Virus record (IMG/VR): IMGVR_UViG_3300046095_000082
Location: 1-35,025 of that record
DNA from: a virus
Lineage: Duplodnaviria; Caudoviricetes
Length of the DNA: 35,025 nucleotides
Reading direction: 5' to 3' (one strand)
Shown here: one piece after another, positions 15,441 through 23,865 of the stretch
How positions within the stretch are numbered: the stretch's first letter is position 1
Layout: each line of letters begins with the position of its first letter
The notes under the pieces: model-generated
What the model saw: only the letters and a program-made list of their open reading frames with translations
What the model was told of the DNA's origin: nothing
Database searches by the model: none
Translations under genes and position numbers: made by a program

Positions 15441-16036
15441 GCGTCGTTGTTTCGTTTGATGCGTTCGCGTTCTTTTCGCGCTTGCTGTTCCTCTTGAACC
15501 TCGCCGTAGATCTCATTGAAATTTTGCCACAACGGGCCAAGCTGTTTGGGCGCCCGCACGCGCATCATTTCGCTTAGTTTCATGTACGCGCCTTCCAGCT
15601 CGTTCTTGATCTGCGACAGCTCCAGGATGTCACGCGGATCTGGCCGGTCCATAGCGTAAACCTCGGCGTAGCGCTGTTCGCAATACTCAGACAGCGTGCG
15701 GTGCTGGCTGAAAAAATTGCCGACGTGCTGCACGAACTGCTGCACGACTTCGTCTTCGGTTGGGATGTGTGTGGTGTATTCGTCTTTGGGTTTCTTGCCA
15801 GGCTTGGCTGGCGCAGCTGCGGCGACCGGTGATGCCGGTGCTGGCGCTGGCTTGGCTCCGAACAGCCCTTTGATGATGCCCCAGATGCCACGCACATCCT
15901 TCACGATCTGCTGCGCTTGCTCGGCTGCCTTCTTGATCTTTTGGACCTGGACGGTCCCTTCGCTTAATGCCTCGCAGCAGTATTGAATCCCGCTGTAGGC
16001 GGCACGCAATGCAGCCAAGGCGGTGAATGGGTCCAC
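15296..16036 (-). CDS. Hypothetical helical protein with C-terminal TM anchor
   Basis: 246 aa, MDPFTALAA start, Pro/Ala linker, coiled coil, hydrophobic C-terminus. Confidence 0.7.
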   Translation of the reverse strand: MDPFTALAALRAAYSGIQYCCEALSEGTVQVQKIKKAAEQAQQIVKDVRGIWGIIKGLFGAKPAPAPASPVAAAAPAKPGKKPKDEYTTHIPTEDEVVQQFVQHVGNFFSQHRTLSEYCEQRYAEVYAMDRPDPRDILELSQIKNELEGAYMKLSEMMRVRAPKQLGPLWQNFNEIYGEVQEEQQARKERERIKRNNDAWLQDQTKIFLIDRLVAVAVVSGLTIWAWALLWSLGWPGPTPPGFGSS

Positions 16037-16037
16037 A

Positions 16038-16280
16038 TTAGTTCAGCTGGTGGAACCAGGCGGCCAGCTTTGAAAACGTGGCGCCGACTGCGGCTGCAAT
16101 GCCACCCACCAGCATCAGGGTCTTCCATCCACCTTTGGCCTCGGACAACGTGGCGCTGATCTTCGACAGCGTTTCGTTCATTTTCTGCATGTCCACGTGC
16201 AGCTGCTTCACCTGCTCTTGCAGCGCTTCAATTTGCGCGTCATGTCGTCCAAGATCGTGATGAATGTTAGGTGTTTCCAT
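16038..16280 (-). CDS. Small coiled-coil plus TM protein (XhlA/holin-like)
   Basis: 80 aa; heptad repeat, then 'GGWKTLMLVGGIAAAVG'. Confidence 0.65.
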   Translation of the reverse strand: METPNIHHDLGRHDAQIEALQEQVKQLHVDMQKMNETLSKISATLSEAKGGWKTLMLVGGIAAAVGATFSKLAAWFHQLN

Positions 16281-16363
16281 GATGTCGCTGTGTGTGGAAT
16301 TGGTGCCATTTTACACGGCAGTTTTGACTGACCGCCATGTGAATGCCGTGTCTTTCGGTGATG

Positions 16364-17053
16364 TTATTCGTACAGAATGTTGACAGATCCGCCGTCGAAT
16401 GTGGCGGCGCCGACGCTGGTTACACGCAGCGCAGTTAGCGGTGCTGCTAGGGTGACAGATCCGGACATCAAGCCAAACTGGTCGGTGTTGGACGTAGCGA
16501 CCATTGCTTGCGCCACCCAGGTGTTGCCACCCAGATTCACCAGCGTCATCAGGCCATGGTACAGGTGGGCAGCCAAATTGCTGTCGGTCAGCAAAAAGCC
16601 TTCAGACAAAACTGTAAAGTTGACGCTGGTTTCGATTAGGTCGCTGCAACCCTGGTAACCGCTGGTCGTGTACGTTGTCGATCCAGTGCCCAGCTGCACC
16701 ATGATCGGCGCTGTGGTTGCAACGCTGACGCCGCTGAATGCGACCGTGATGCGCTTCACCCATGACGGGATGGCTGTAAATTCTTTGGCTGTTCCCGACG
16801 TGGTGGCCTGCGATGTCGCGCTGGTCAGCGGGCGAATCGCCAGCGCGTCGGGCAATGCCACCCACGCATTGTTCGCCGCGTTGCGCTGCTTCAGAACACC
16901 GGCAGTCGTGTCCTGCCACAGCATGTAGGCAAACGGTGCAGCCGGTTCAGTCAGGCCGCTGTTCAGGCTGACGGCAGCTGCCAGGGCGTTGTTGATGTCA
17001 GCGCGGAAGCTGGCGCCGTCCTGGTTCTCGATTACGTAGTCGTGTTGGCTCAT
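16364..17053 (-). CDS. Side tail fibre / receptor-binding protein 2
   Basis: MSQHDY...RAD.NNAL...NSG...RNAANNAWV anchor shared with 17223-17930; beta-rich C-terminal head. Confidence 0.75.
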   Translation of the reverse strand: MSQHDYVIENQDGASFRADINNALAAAVSLNSGLTEPAAPFAYMLWQDTTAGVLKQRNAANNAWVALPDALAIRPLTSATSQATTSGTAKEFTAIPSWVKRITVAFSGVSVATTAPIMVQLGTGSTTYTTSGYQGCSDLIETSVNFTVLSEGFLLTDSNLAAHLYHGLMTLVNLGGNTWVAQAMVATSNTDQFGLMSGSVTLAAPLTALRVTSVGAATFDGGSVNILYE

Positions 17054-17223
17054 ACATCGGTTGCAGCCAGCTGCTCGTCAGTTGGTCGCACAAAAGTTGG
17101 GTGTTCCCACTTAGCAATGTAGTCACCTTTGCCATCGCTGTCATTTTGCAAGCGGATGGTTTCCCTGAAATCTGCGTCTTGCAGTTCAGGGTAAATTGCT
17201 TTGATTTTTTCGTAGAGTGTCAT
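17050..17223 (-). CDS. Small fibre-associated protein (XkdW-like), not in the ORF track
   Basis: MTLYEKIKAIYPEL...LQNDSDGKGDYIAKWEHPTFVRPTDEQL; coupled to both fibre genes. Confidence 0.75.
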   Translation of the reverse strand: MTLYEKIKAIYPELQDADFRETIRLQNDSDGKGDYIAKWEHPTFVRPTDEQLAATDV

Positions 17224-17930
17224 CATGCTGCCCTCACCAGTACGCCTGCAAAATATGTGTCAATAGTAGAACCGAAGAACAATGGAGTTGTAGCGGTAAC
17301 GTAACCGTAAACTTCAAGGTAGTCTGTTGAACCATTCATGTACACAACCGCGCTTCCTGTGCTGCTGGCAAAAGTAAATGTTGGACTACCAAAGCCACTA
17401 CCTGCTTTGTAGTTGGCTCCGTTCTTATATAAGTTTCCAGCAACTGCTGTGATGCTAGATGTACCAACAGCAACTTTCCAATCAATCTGATAGTAGCCAG
17501 CCACTTGCGGGTTGAATGAGTACGCGGGGGCTGTTCCAACTGTGCTACCTGTGTTGTTAAAAGCACCAGCAGTATCGAACTCTTCGGTGTTGAATTGAAC
17601 CTTTGTGTACGTGCTATTGCTTACTGATTGGTTCGTACCAAGATAGATACTAAACGCAGGGCCATTACTAGCCACGTTTGCACCCAGCTTTGCTTGCGTA
17701 ATACTCGCGTCCTGGATTGCACCAGCCGCAAATGTCACCCAGGCGTTGTTAGCGGCATTTCTGATTTTCAAAATACCAGTCGTTGTGTCGTACCACGGCA
17801 TGAACGGCTCGGTAACAGCAGGTGCAGTCGCACCGCTGTTCTGCGACAGGACAGCTAGCAGTGCGTTGTTCAGGTCTGCGCGAACAGCAGCACCGCCGCC
17901 GTTTGCAATGTTGTAATCGTGTTGGCTCAT
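17223..17930 (-). CDS. Side tail fibre / receptor-binding protein 1 with C1q-like head
   Basis: Shared anchor domain; 'GPAFS...KVQFNTEEFD...F.PQVAGYY' C1q/TNF-like pattern. Confidence 0.75.
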   Translation of the reverse strand: MSQHDYNIANGGGAAVRADLNNALLAVLSQNSGATAPAVTEPFMPWYDTTTGILKIRNAANNAWVTFAAGAIQDASITQAKLGANVASNGPAFSIYLGTNQSVSNSTYTKVQFNTEEFDTAGAFNNTGSTVGTAPAYSFNPQVAGYYQIDWKVAVGTSSITAVAGNLYKNGANYKAGSGFGSPTFTFASSTGSAVVYMNGSTDYLEVYGYVTATTPLFFGSTIDTYFAGVLVRAA

Positions 17931-17939
17931 TCTTCGTCC

Positions 17940-20900
17940 TTAGTTCCTGTAACCGTAACCCTTGGCGATCCAGTCCATGGTGCGGGCCACGCCGGTCCCT
18001 GCGCTATTCTTGAACTGAATTGTAAACCCTGCGGAAGTTTTCGCGGTAATTTGCGCGTAATCTCCCGTGGCCATGTTCTCGGCCGTGATGGCTGTGGCTG
18101 GCACGTCGAAAAACGCATTGGCAAACGTGACCGACAGGCCACCGGATGGCACCGAAACGTTGTTGGCACTCTCAACGCGGTCTGGCACGTCCACCACGAC
18201 GCCCAAGGTGGCCAGCGCTACCTGGTTGTTGGTGTCTTCGCCCCTGATCAGCTTAACCTTAAATTTGAACGCGCGCGCTGTGTAGTCGCCAACGTAGAAC
18301 ACGCGCCAGCCGGACCATGTTGGCGAACCAGCTGGGTCGTCGTTGGTGGTGCTGATGAACACCTGCAGCGATGAATCGTCGGTGGTGTTGGGCAGATCGA
18401 AGTTGACGATGCCGTCCCAGTCCGTCCACGTGTCCACGTAGTCTGTGGCCATCGCGCCGTCGTCCACCAGACCCAAGCTGTCGATCAGGCCCCAATCGTC
18501 CACCAAGTTTTCGATGTTGTAGGACAGCACGCTGAACGTGGCAGACACGCGGCTGGTGTAGACCGCGCCGGTGTCGATGTAGGTGTCGAACTCGTATTCG
18601 CCGGACGCGACCAGTCCGCCTTCCAGGTTGTCGTATTCGTCCCAGTCCGCGATGTCGTCCATGTACTCGGCCTGGTCCAGCACCAGGCGGTCGTTCAGCA
18701 GCACCAGATCCGTCTTGGCGCCAGTGAACGTCGGGTCTTGCGTGGACGATGCCACGGCATTGAACTGCAAAATGTTGGGCGCGTCGGTGACGATTAGCGC
18801 GGCGTTCTGGCTCATTTGGCCGGTGCTGTCTTTTGCCTTGGCCAAGTAAGTGCCGGCACGCAGCGGCACGCTTGCGCTGGTCGCTGAACCTGGGAAGTCG
18901 CCAATGGGCAGCGATGTGTTCCACTGCGCGCCGTCCAGTTCCTCGCTGTAGCGCACCGAAATCTGGCCGCCGATGCGCACATCCAGATCCGCGTGGCTTT
19001 CCCACTGCAGGATGCCTGTGTCAGCCTGTACGGTCATTTGCAGGCCGGCGATGTCGGCTGGGCGTGCTGTCTTGCCAAGCACGCTGGCGGTGAATGTGTA
19101 CGGCTGCGACTTGACGCCCAAGGCGGAGACTGCGCGCACCGTGAATTCATAGTCGCCGGTGGCCGTGTTCATCAGCTCCAACGAATTGCCGGTCGTGGTC
19201 ACCTCGACAGGGTTGTCGTTGTTGATGCGGTAGCTCAGCAAGTAGGTGGCAGCGCGGTCCACCTGCGACCAGGTGATGGTTGCCCCGACGCGCACGTCTG
19301 TAAGCGTGGCATAAAGGTATTCGCTGACGCTGCCACTGGATGGCGTCGCTGGTGGGTCGTTCAGCATGGTGATGTCGCGCGGTTGCAGCACCATGCCGTT
19401 TTCTACCGCGTCATATTTGTCTGGGTCGTGCTTCAGGGCTGAGATCTCGACCACGCCGCCGTCCTGCTCGGACACCGACAGCACGCGGAACGTCTGCGCC
19501 TCTGCGGTGCTGGTGGACATGATCCACTGGGCGCCAGGTTGCGGCGCGGCCGACAGGGCTGTGGCCAGCGTGACCACGGCGCCGGTCGCGCTACTTACTG
19601 TGCGCGTCTCGACCGTGCCGTCTGGCAGCATGACGTACATGGTCCAGCTGGATGCGCCCAAGATGACCGATGCGTCCAGTGTCACGGCTGTGGTGGTTGC
19701 GCTGTGAACGCGGCCGCCATGACGGGCGCCGGCGCGTGATGCGTCTGCCACCTTAATGACTTGGCCAGGCCGTGCGACTGCGCCCTCGATGCCGGTGGCA
19801 AAGGAAACCACTTCGGACTGGTAGCGCTCAGAAAACAGCAGCCAGCGTCCGACGCGGTTGGCCTGGCCACGGCTGGTGCAGCCAACGGCCACAACCTCGG
19901 TTGGCACCACGCCGAACCGTGCGATGGCTTCCTGGTCTTCGACGTACTCGACTTTTTGCGCGTACATGTCGGCAGGGTCGTTCCATGTCACCAGTGCGAC
20001 TGTATGGCGTGCCTTGGCGCTGCTGCCTGCGTAGCTGAACTTGCCTTCCAGCACATTGGCCTGGGTGTATAGCGCCACGGGGTCGCTGGGTGCGTCCTGT
20101 GCCAATGTCAGGCTGCCGGATGCCCAGTAAACCATCGAACGGAAACACGACGCCAGGTCCTGAATGACCTTGTAGGCTTCGGTGCGCGACTGCAGGTACA
20201 TGTTGCAGGTAAAACGCGGCTCGGTTCCGCCAAAACCGTCGGGCACAAGCTCGTCGCAATATTGGCTGATTGAATACAGCGCCCATTTGTCGACCTGCGA
20301 CGCGTCGATGTAGCCGCCGATCCCGTACCTGGCATTGGTCACGATGTTGTAAAAACACCACGCCGGATTGTCGGTCCACTCGGTCTTGAATGTGCCGTCC
20401 CAGCTGCCGGTGTAGGTGCGCGCCACTGGGTCGTAGTTCACGGGAACCTTGACCTTCAGCAGCTTCATGTCAAACGCACGGCTGGGCACGCCGTTGAACA
20501 CCTGCGAATCGAAACGCATGGACACCAGCGCGCTGTTTGGGTAGCGCAGCTTGGCGTCGATGATCTCGGTGTAGCTGTCCCAGAACGTCTTGTCCTGGAT
20601 CTTCAGGTCTGTGCTGTCGTCTGATTTACGGCGCACACGGATGTCCCACGGGCCGTCGCCGGTCAGCTCGATGCGGTAGCTGCGCTGGTACTTGCTCTGC
20701 GCCTTGCCGCTGATCGTGTCGGCAATGCGCTCAACATAACCGCCGCCGTCTGACTGGACGTCGATGGCAATGTCCACGCTGGTGCCATCGACGCTGCCGT
20801 CGTTTTTCTGCTTGAACAGCGACTGCACGCTCAACGTGACGCGCACGGCGTCCACGGCGGCATTGCTGACTGTGCGGGTGATGGCCGCCAGCTTGGTCAG

Positions 20901-21137
20901 CTCGACGTTGACGCCGTTTTCGGATTCGACCGATGGAATGCCGGCCACATAAGTCTGGTCGTTTGTGCCGGTGCGCGAATCGACCACCACGTTTTCGAAG
21001 TTGTAGGACCCGTCAGGGTTCTGCAGCACCGTGTTGTTCAGGTAGATGGATTTATCACCATCGACCAGTCCGACGATCTCGCCCTCAGAAACGGCGTCCA
21101 GTGTGCGCGCATAAGCCCGCGAACGTAAGTCTGTCAT
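17940..21137 (-). CDS. Central tail fibre / host specificity protein (lambda gpJ-like)
   Basis: 'DAVSEGEI.GL', 'YPNSAL', 'WTDNPAW', 'GCTSRGQA.R.GRW', FN3-like region; 1065 aa. Confidence 0.93.
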   Translation of the reverse strand: MTDLRSRAYARTLDAVSEGEIVGLVDGDKSIYLNNTVLQNPDGSYNFENVVVDSRTGTNDQTYVAGIPSVESENGVNVELTKLAAITRTVSNAAVDAVRVTLSVQSLFKQKNDGSVDGTSVDIAIDVQSDGGGYVERIADTISGKAQSKYQRSYRIELTGDGPWDIRVRRKSDDSTDLKIQDKTFWDSYTEIIDAKLRYPNSALVSMRFDSQVFNGVPSRAFDMKLLKVKVPVNYDPVARTYTGSWDGTFKTEWTDNPAWCFYNIVTNARYGIGGYIDASQVDKWALYSISQYCDELVPDGFGGTEPRFTCNMYLQSRTEAYKVIQDLASCFRSMVYWASGSLTLAQDAPSDPVALYTQANVLEGKFSYAGSSAKARHTVALVTWNDPADMYAQKVEYVEDQEAIARFGVVPTEVVAVGCTSRGQANRVGRWLLFSERYQSEVVSFATGIEGAVARPGQVIKVADASRAGARHGGRVHSATTTAVTLDASVILGASSWTMYVMLPDGTVETRTVSSATGAVVTLATALSAAPQPGAQWIMSTSTAEAQTFRVLSVSEQDGGVVEISALKHDPDKYDAVENGMVLQPRDITMLNDPPATPSSGSVSEYLYATLTDVRVGATITWSQVDRAATYLLSYRINNDNPVEVTTTGNSLELMNTATGDYEFTVRAVSALGVKSQPYTFTASVLGKTARPADIAGLQMTVQADTGILQWESHADLDVRIGGQISVRYSEELDGAQWNTSLPIGDFPGSATSASVPLRAGTYLAKAKDSTGQMSQNAALIVTDAPNILQFNAVASSTQDPTFTGAKTDLVLLNDRLVLDQAEYMDDIADWDEYDNLEGGLVASGEYEFDTYIDTGAVYTSRVSATFSVLSYNIENLVDDWGLIDSLGLVDDGAMATDYVDTWTDWDGIVNFDLPNTTDDSSLQVFISTTNDDPAGSPTWSGWRVFYVGDYTARAFKFKVKLIRGEDTNNQVALATLGVVVDVPDRVESANNVSVPSGGLSVTFANAFFDVPATAITAENMATGDYAQITAKTSAGFTIQFKNSAGTGVARTMDWIAKGYGYRN

Positions 21138-21703
21138 GCTGTGATGTCCTCGACGCTGATGCCGGCACTGATCACGGCGCTGCCGACGATCATGCGGCCG
21201 TAGCCGAACGGCACGGGCTGGCCTTGGCTGGTTGTGTTGACGGCTCCGCTGAACACGTAGGACTGTTTGATTTCCTCGCCTGAATTGCCTGGCGTCTTAG
21301 GCACTGGCGACAGCAGCTGCGCGGCACCGCCCAGCGTCATGGCAATGCCGACGGTCATCAGCGGCTGCGTCCATGGCCCTGGTGGCAGCAAAATGGATGC
21401 GGCGATCAGTGTGGCGCCGATGATGATGTTGATCAAGCCGCCACCACCGCCTGCGCCGGCGATCACTGGCGCGATGGTGATGGTCTTGCCGGCTGGGTTG
21501 TGCAGCTGGTCTGCGCCAATGGCTTCGCGCACGTTGATGACGCGGTACCCGACGTTGCGTTCACTCGATGACGACACGAAGCCGGCAAAGTCCTTGAAGT
21601 TGGCGCACAGCGCGCGCACGGCCTCGGCTGCCGACTTCACGTCCAGCCGGTGCTTGCGTCCGTAGCGCTTGCCAAGTTCACCCAGCAGAATGATTGTTTT
21701 CAT
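21134..21703 (-). CDS. Tail assembly protein (gpI-like)
   Basis: 'L.GELGKRYG...AEAVRAL...QG.PVP..YGR..VGS.VIS'. Confidence 0.92.
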   Translation of the reverse strand: MKTIILLGELGKRYGRKHRLDVKSAAEAVRALCANFKDFAGFVSSSSERNVGYRVINVREAIGADQLHNPAGKTITIAPVIAGAGGGGGLINIIIGATLIAASILLPPGPWTQPLMTVGIAMTLGGAAQLLSPVPKTPGNSGEEIKQSYVFSGAVNTTSQGQPVPFGYGRMIVGSAVISAGISVEDITA

Positions 21704-22394
21704 GTCTCAGAATGTGCGTTGTTCGGTTGCGCCAAAAAATTCCGTAAGCCTCGCGGCATGACAGCCGGTTCTGTACGTGATGGATGACCTGATTATCCCC
21801 CAAGTACACCGCGCCGTGGTTCGGCACTGGGCTAAAAATCCGCATTAGGATGACATCGCCAGGCTGCAGCTTGTCCGCCGCCACTTGGCTGAACCCAGCC
21901 GTGGCGAAATTCTCCGTGTAAAGGTTCTCGCCTCGCAGCCACCATTCGTCGTGACGTCCGAAGTCGGGCAGGGCGATGCCGCGTTCCTGCTGATACCAGT
22001 CACGGATGATCGAATAGCAGTCCAGCACGCCGTGCGACCATTCGCGGCCGACCAGTGGCGCCTGGTAGCCTGTCGGCTCGATGTAGGCCCACTGCTGTGC
22101 TGGCAGTGACACGATGTGCCACGGCAGGCCGCTGGCCTCGCATGCCACACGATCAGACTGCGAAGGGTCTGCCGGCAGATCTGGGTGGCTGTGGATCACG
22201 GCAATGATGTCGCCGGCCAGCTCGGCTTCGGCGTAGTCCTGCGGGTGCATCACGAACTGGTCGGTGCCCACCGCCAGGTTGCGGCACCTCTTGTAGCGTT
22301 CCTTGCCTTGCCAGACGATCAGCAGCCCGCAAGCCTCGCGTGGGTATTGCTCACGCGCATGCAGGATGATGTCCGCCTTGGTCTGCTCATTCAT
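21678..22394 (-). CDS. Tail tip assembly protein (gpK-like; JAB plus NlpC/P60)
   Basis: YPREACG, HSHP...S.SD, then DCY...NHGAVYLG...HH. Confidence 0.92.
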   Translation of the reverse strand: MNEQTKADIILHAREQYPREACGLLIVWQGKERYKRCRNLAVGTDQFVMHPQDYAEAELAGDIIAVIHSHPDLPADPSQSDRVACEASGLPWHIVSLPAQQWAYIEPTGYQAPLVGREWSHGVLDCYSIIRDWYQQERGIALPDFGRHDEWWLRGENLYTENFATAGFSQVAADKLQPGDVILMRIFSPVPNHGAVYLGDNQVIHHVQNRLSCREAYGIFWRNRTTHILRHENNHSAG

Positions 22395-23527
22395 CGGACC
22401 AGGCCGGCGCTTGGGAATGAACCGAAGGGCAGCGGCTCGTTTTGGCCGAACCGCAGTTTGCAGCTGGTCAGGCGCTTGCCACAAACGTCCAGCCCTGAAC
22501 TGCCGACGCTCTCGTCGTTGGCGTTGAAATAGTTGGTGCCGGCGTAGCCGCACTCGGTGCCCTTGTAGCGCCACACGCACACGTTCTGAATGATCTGGCG
22601 GTGCGGCAGCAGGACACCGGCAACGTCGAATGACGCGGCCAGCTCGAATTCGACCATGTCGCGTGTCTCTGTCGCCTTGCGGTCGATGAAGAACACGTCG
22701 TCTGGGAATTCTGCGGTGTCGTCGGCGTCAGGGTTTGTACCTGTGATCTTAATGTCGCTGATTTCCCATGCGCTTGTGGCATCCGAAACAATGTCCAATC
22801 TAATGCTTCTAATTTCGGATGCGATGTAATCATTACCGCCAACAGTCAGCGCGGACATATCCCATGTAACCGTGTTCCATTGGGCGAGGTCTGTTGGCGC
22901 ATTAATCGTTTTGCGAAAACTAGAACTTACGGTGTTACTTGGCGTACTGTAATAGCAATTACCTTCCCAAACACCAGTTCCAGAAATCCGACGGATTCTT
23001 GCCGTAACCCATCTAGCGCTGTTACCTTGATAGCGCTCTGCGGTGATAAATGTTTTAGAAAGTGTCGCGTTTGTTGCTGTAGGCGTCCAAGTTAATACCC
23101 CACCAGACTGCGTAAGCGTTGCGTTACCTGCGGCCCAACCTTCAGTTCCGCTGTCAAATTTATAACTGTAAAGGTCTGGAAAGTTATTCTGATCCAGGTA
23201 TTTCACCATGGTGCGCTTGCGGGTGATCTTTGCACCCAGCAGGTCGTCGTAGGTCAGCACCAGCAGCGTGATGGCGCCGGTGGTGTTCGACACGGTCAGC
23301 TTCGGGCGTGGCAGTTGTCCGTTGCCGGTGAAGTCGAAGCCGGTCGCCTTGATGGGGTAAGCCGTGTACGTGTTGCCCTGCCACACGACGTTCGCTGACA
23401 GCCCATTCGTGCCGGCATGGAAACGCAGCAGGTCGCCACCGAAGTCCGTGGCGTCCATTTCGAACAGCTCGACAACGGCCGACGGTTCCAGTTTCTGGAT
23501 CTCGGTGGTGATGGCTGCGACGGTCAT
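22391..23527 (-). CDS. Minor tail protein L (gpL-like) with an internal 144-aa insertion
   Basis: PRPKLTVSN, YLD..NF, and C-terminal Fe-S cysteines (C.W.Y...ECGY...CGKRL..C..RF). Confidence 0.9.
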   Translation of the reverse strand: MTVAAITTEIQKLEPSAVVELFEMDATDFGGDLLRFHAGTNGLSANVVWQGNTYTAYPIKATGFDFTGNGQLPRPKLTVSNTTGAITLLVLTYDDLLGAKITRKRTMVKYLDQNNFPDLYSYKFDSGTEGWAAGNATLTQSGGVLTWTPTATNATLSKTFITAERYQGNSARWVTARIRRISGTGVWEGNCYYSTPSNTVSSSFRKTINAPTDLAQWNTVTWDMSALTVGGNDYIASEIRSIRLDIVSDATSAWEISDIKITGTNPDADDTAEFPDDVFFIDRKATETRDMVEFELAASFDVAGVLLPHRQIIQNVCVWRYKGTECGYAGTNYFNANDESVGSSGLDVCGKRLTSCKLRFGQNEPLPFGSFPSAGLVR

Positions 23528-23862
23528 GCCTCAAACACCTGCTGGAATGACGCCGACACGTTGTTCAGGTTTGCGCGGGCGACCGTCTTGGTCCACTCGC
23601 GGCACACCACCTTGATCGCGGTGCTTTCGTTTGGCGGCGTCCATTCGAACGCCTCGACGCCGTTGCGCGCTTCCAAAAACGTCAGGATGTTGCCAGCCTC
23701 GGTGTTGGTTCGATTGTTGAACTGCAGGTTCCACACCTGCGCGCGCACGTTGATGCCGTCAGCGACGCGCTGTTCGTAGCCGTCGCCAAATGCCGTGACG
23801 CGCACGCGTGGTTTGTAGGCCGCCTGGGCGCCGAAGTCTGGGGTGTAGGTGAATGTTGCCAT
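23524..23862 (-). CDS. Minor tail protein M (gpM-like)
   Basis: 'FGDGYEQR..DGIN...FL....GV.AF.WTPP...F.QVFE'. Confidence 0.92.
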   Translation of the reverse strand: MATFTYTPDFGAQAAYKPRVRVTAFGDGYEQRVADGINVRAQVWNLQFNNRTNTEAGNILTFLEARNGVEAFEWTPPNESTAIKVVCREWTKTVARANLNNVSASFQQVFEA

Positions 23863-23865
23863 GTC

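Noticed and set aside
16364-17930. Diversity-generating retroelement or invertible fibre switch
   Set aside because: No reverse transcriptase, no serine invertase, and no template/variable repeat pair; the duplication is N-terminal and in direct orientation.
22742-23173. Intein or intron in gpL
   Set aside because: No N-terminal Cys/Ser with C-terminal His-Asn, no homing endonuclease motif, and the frame is uninterrupted.
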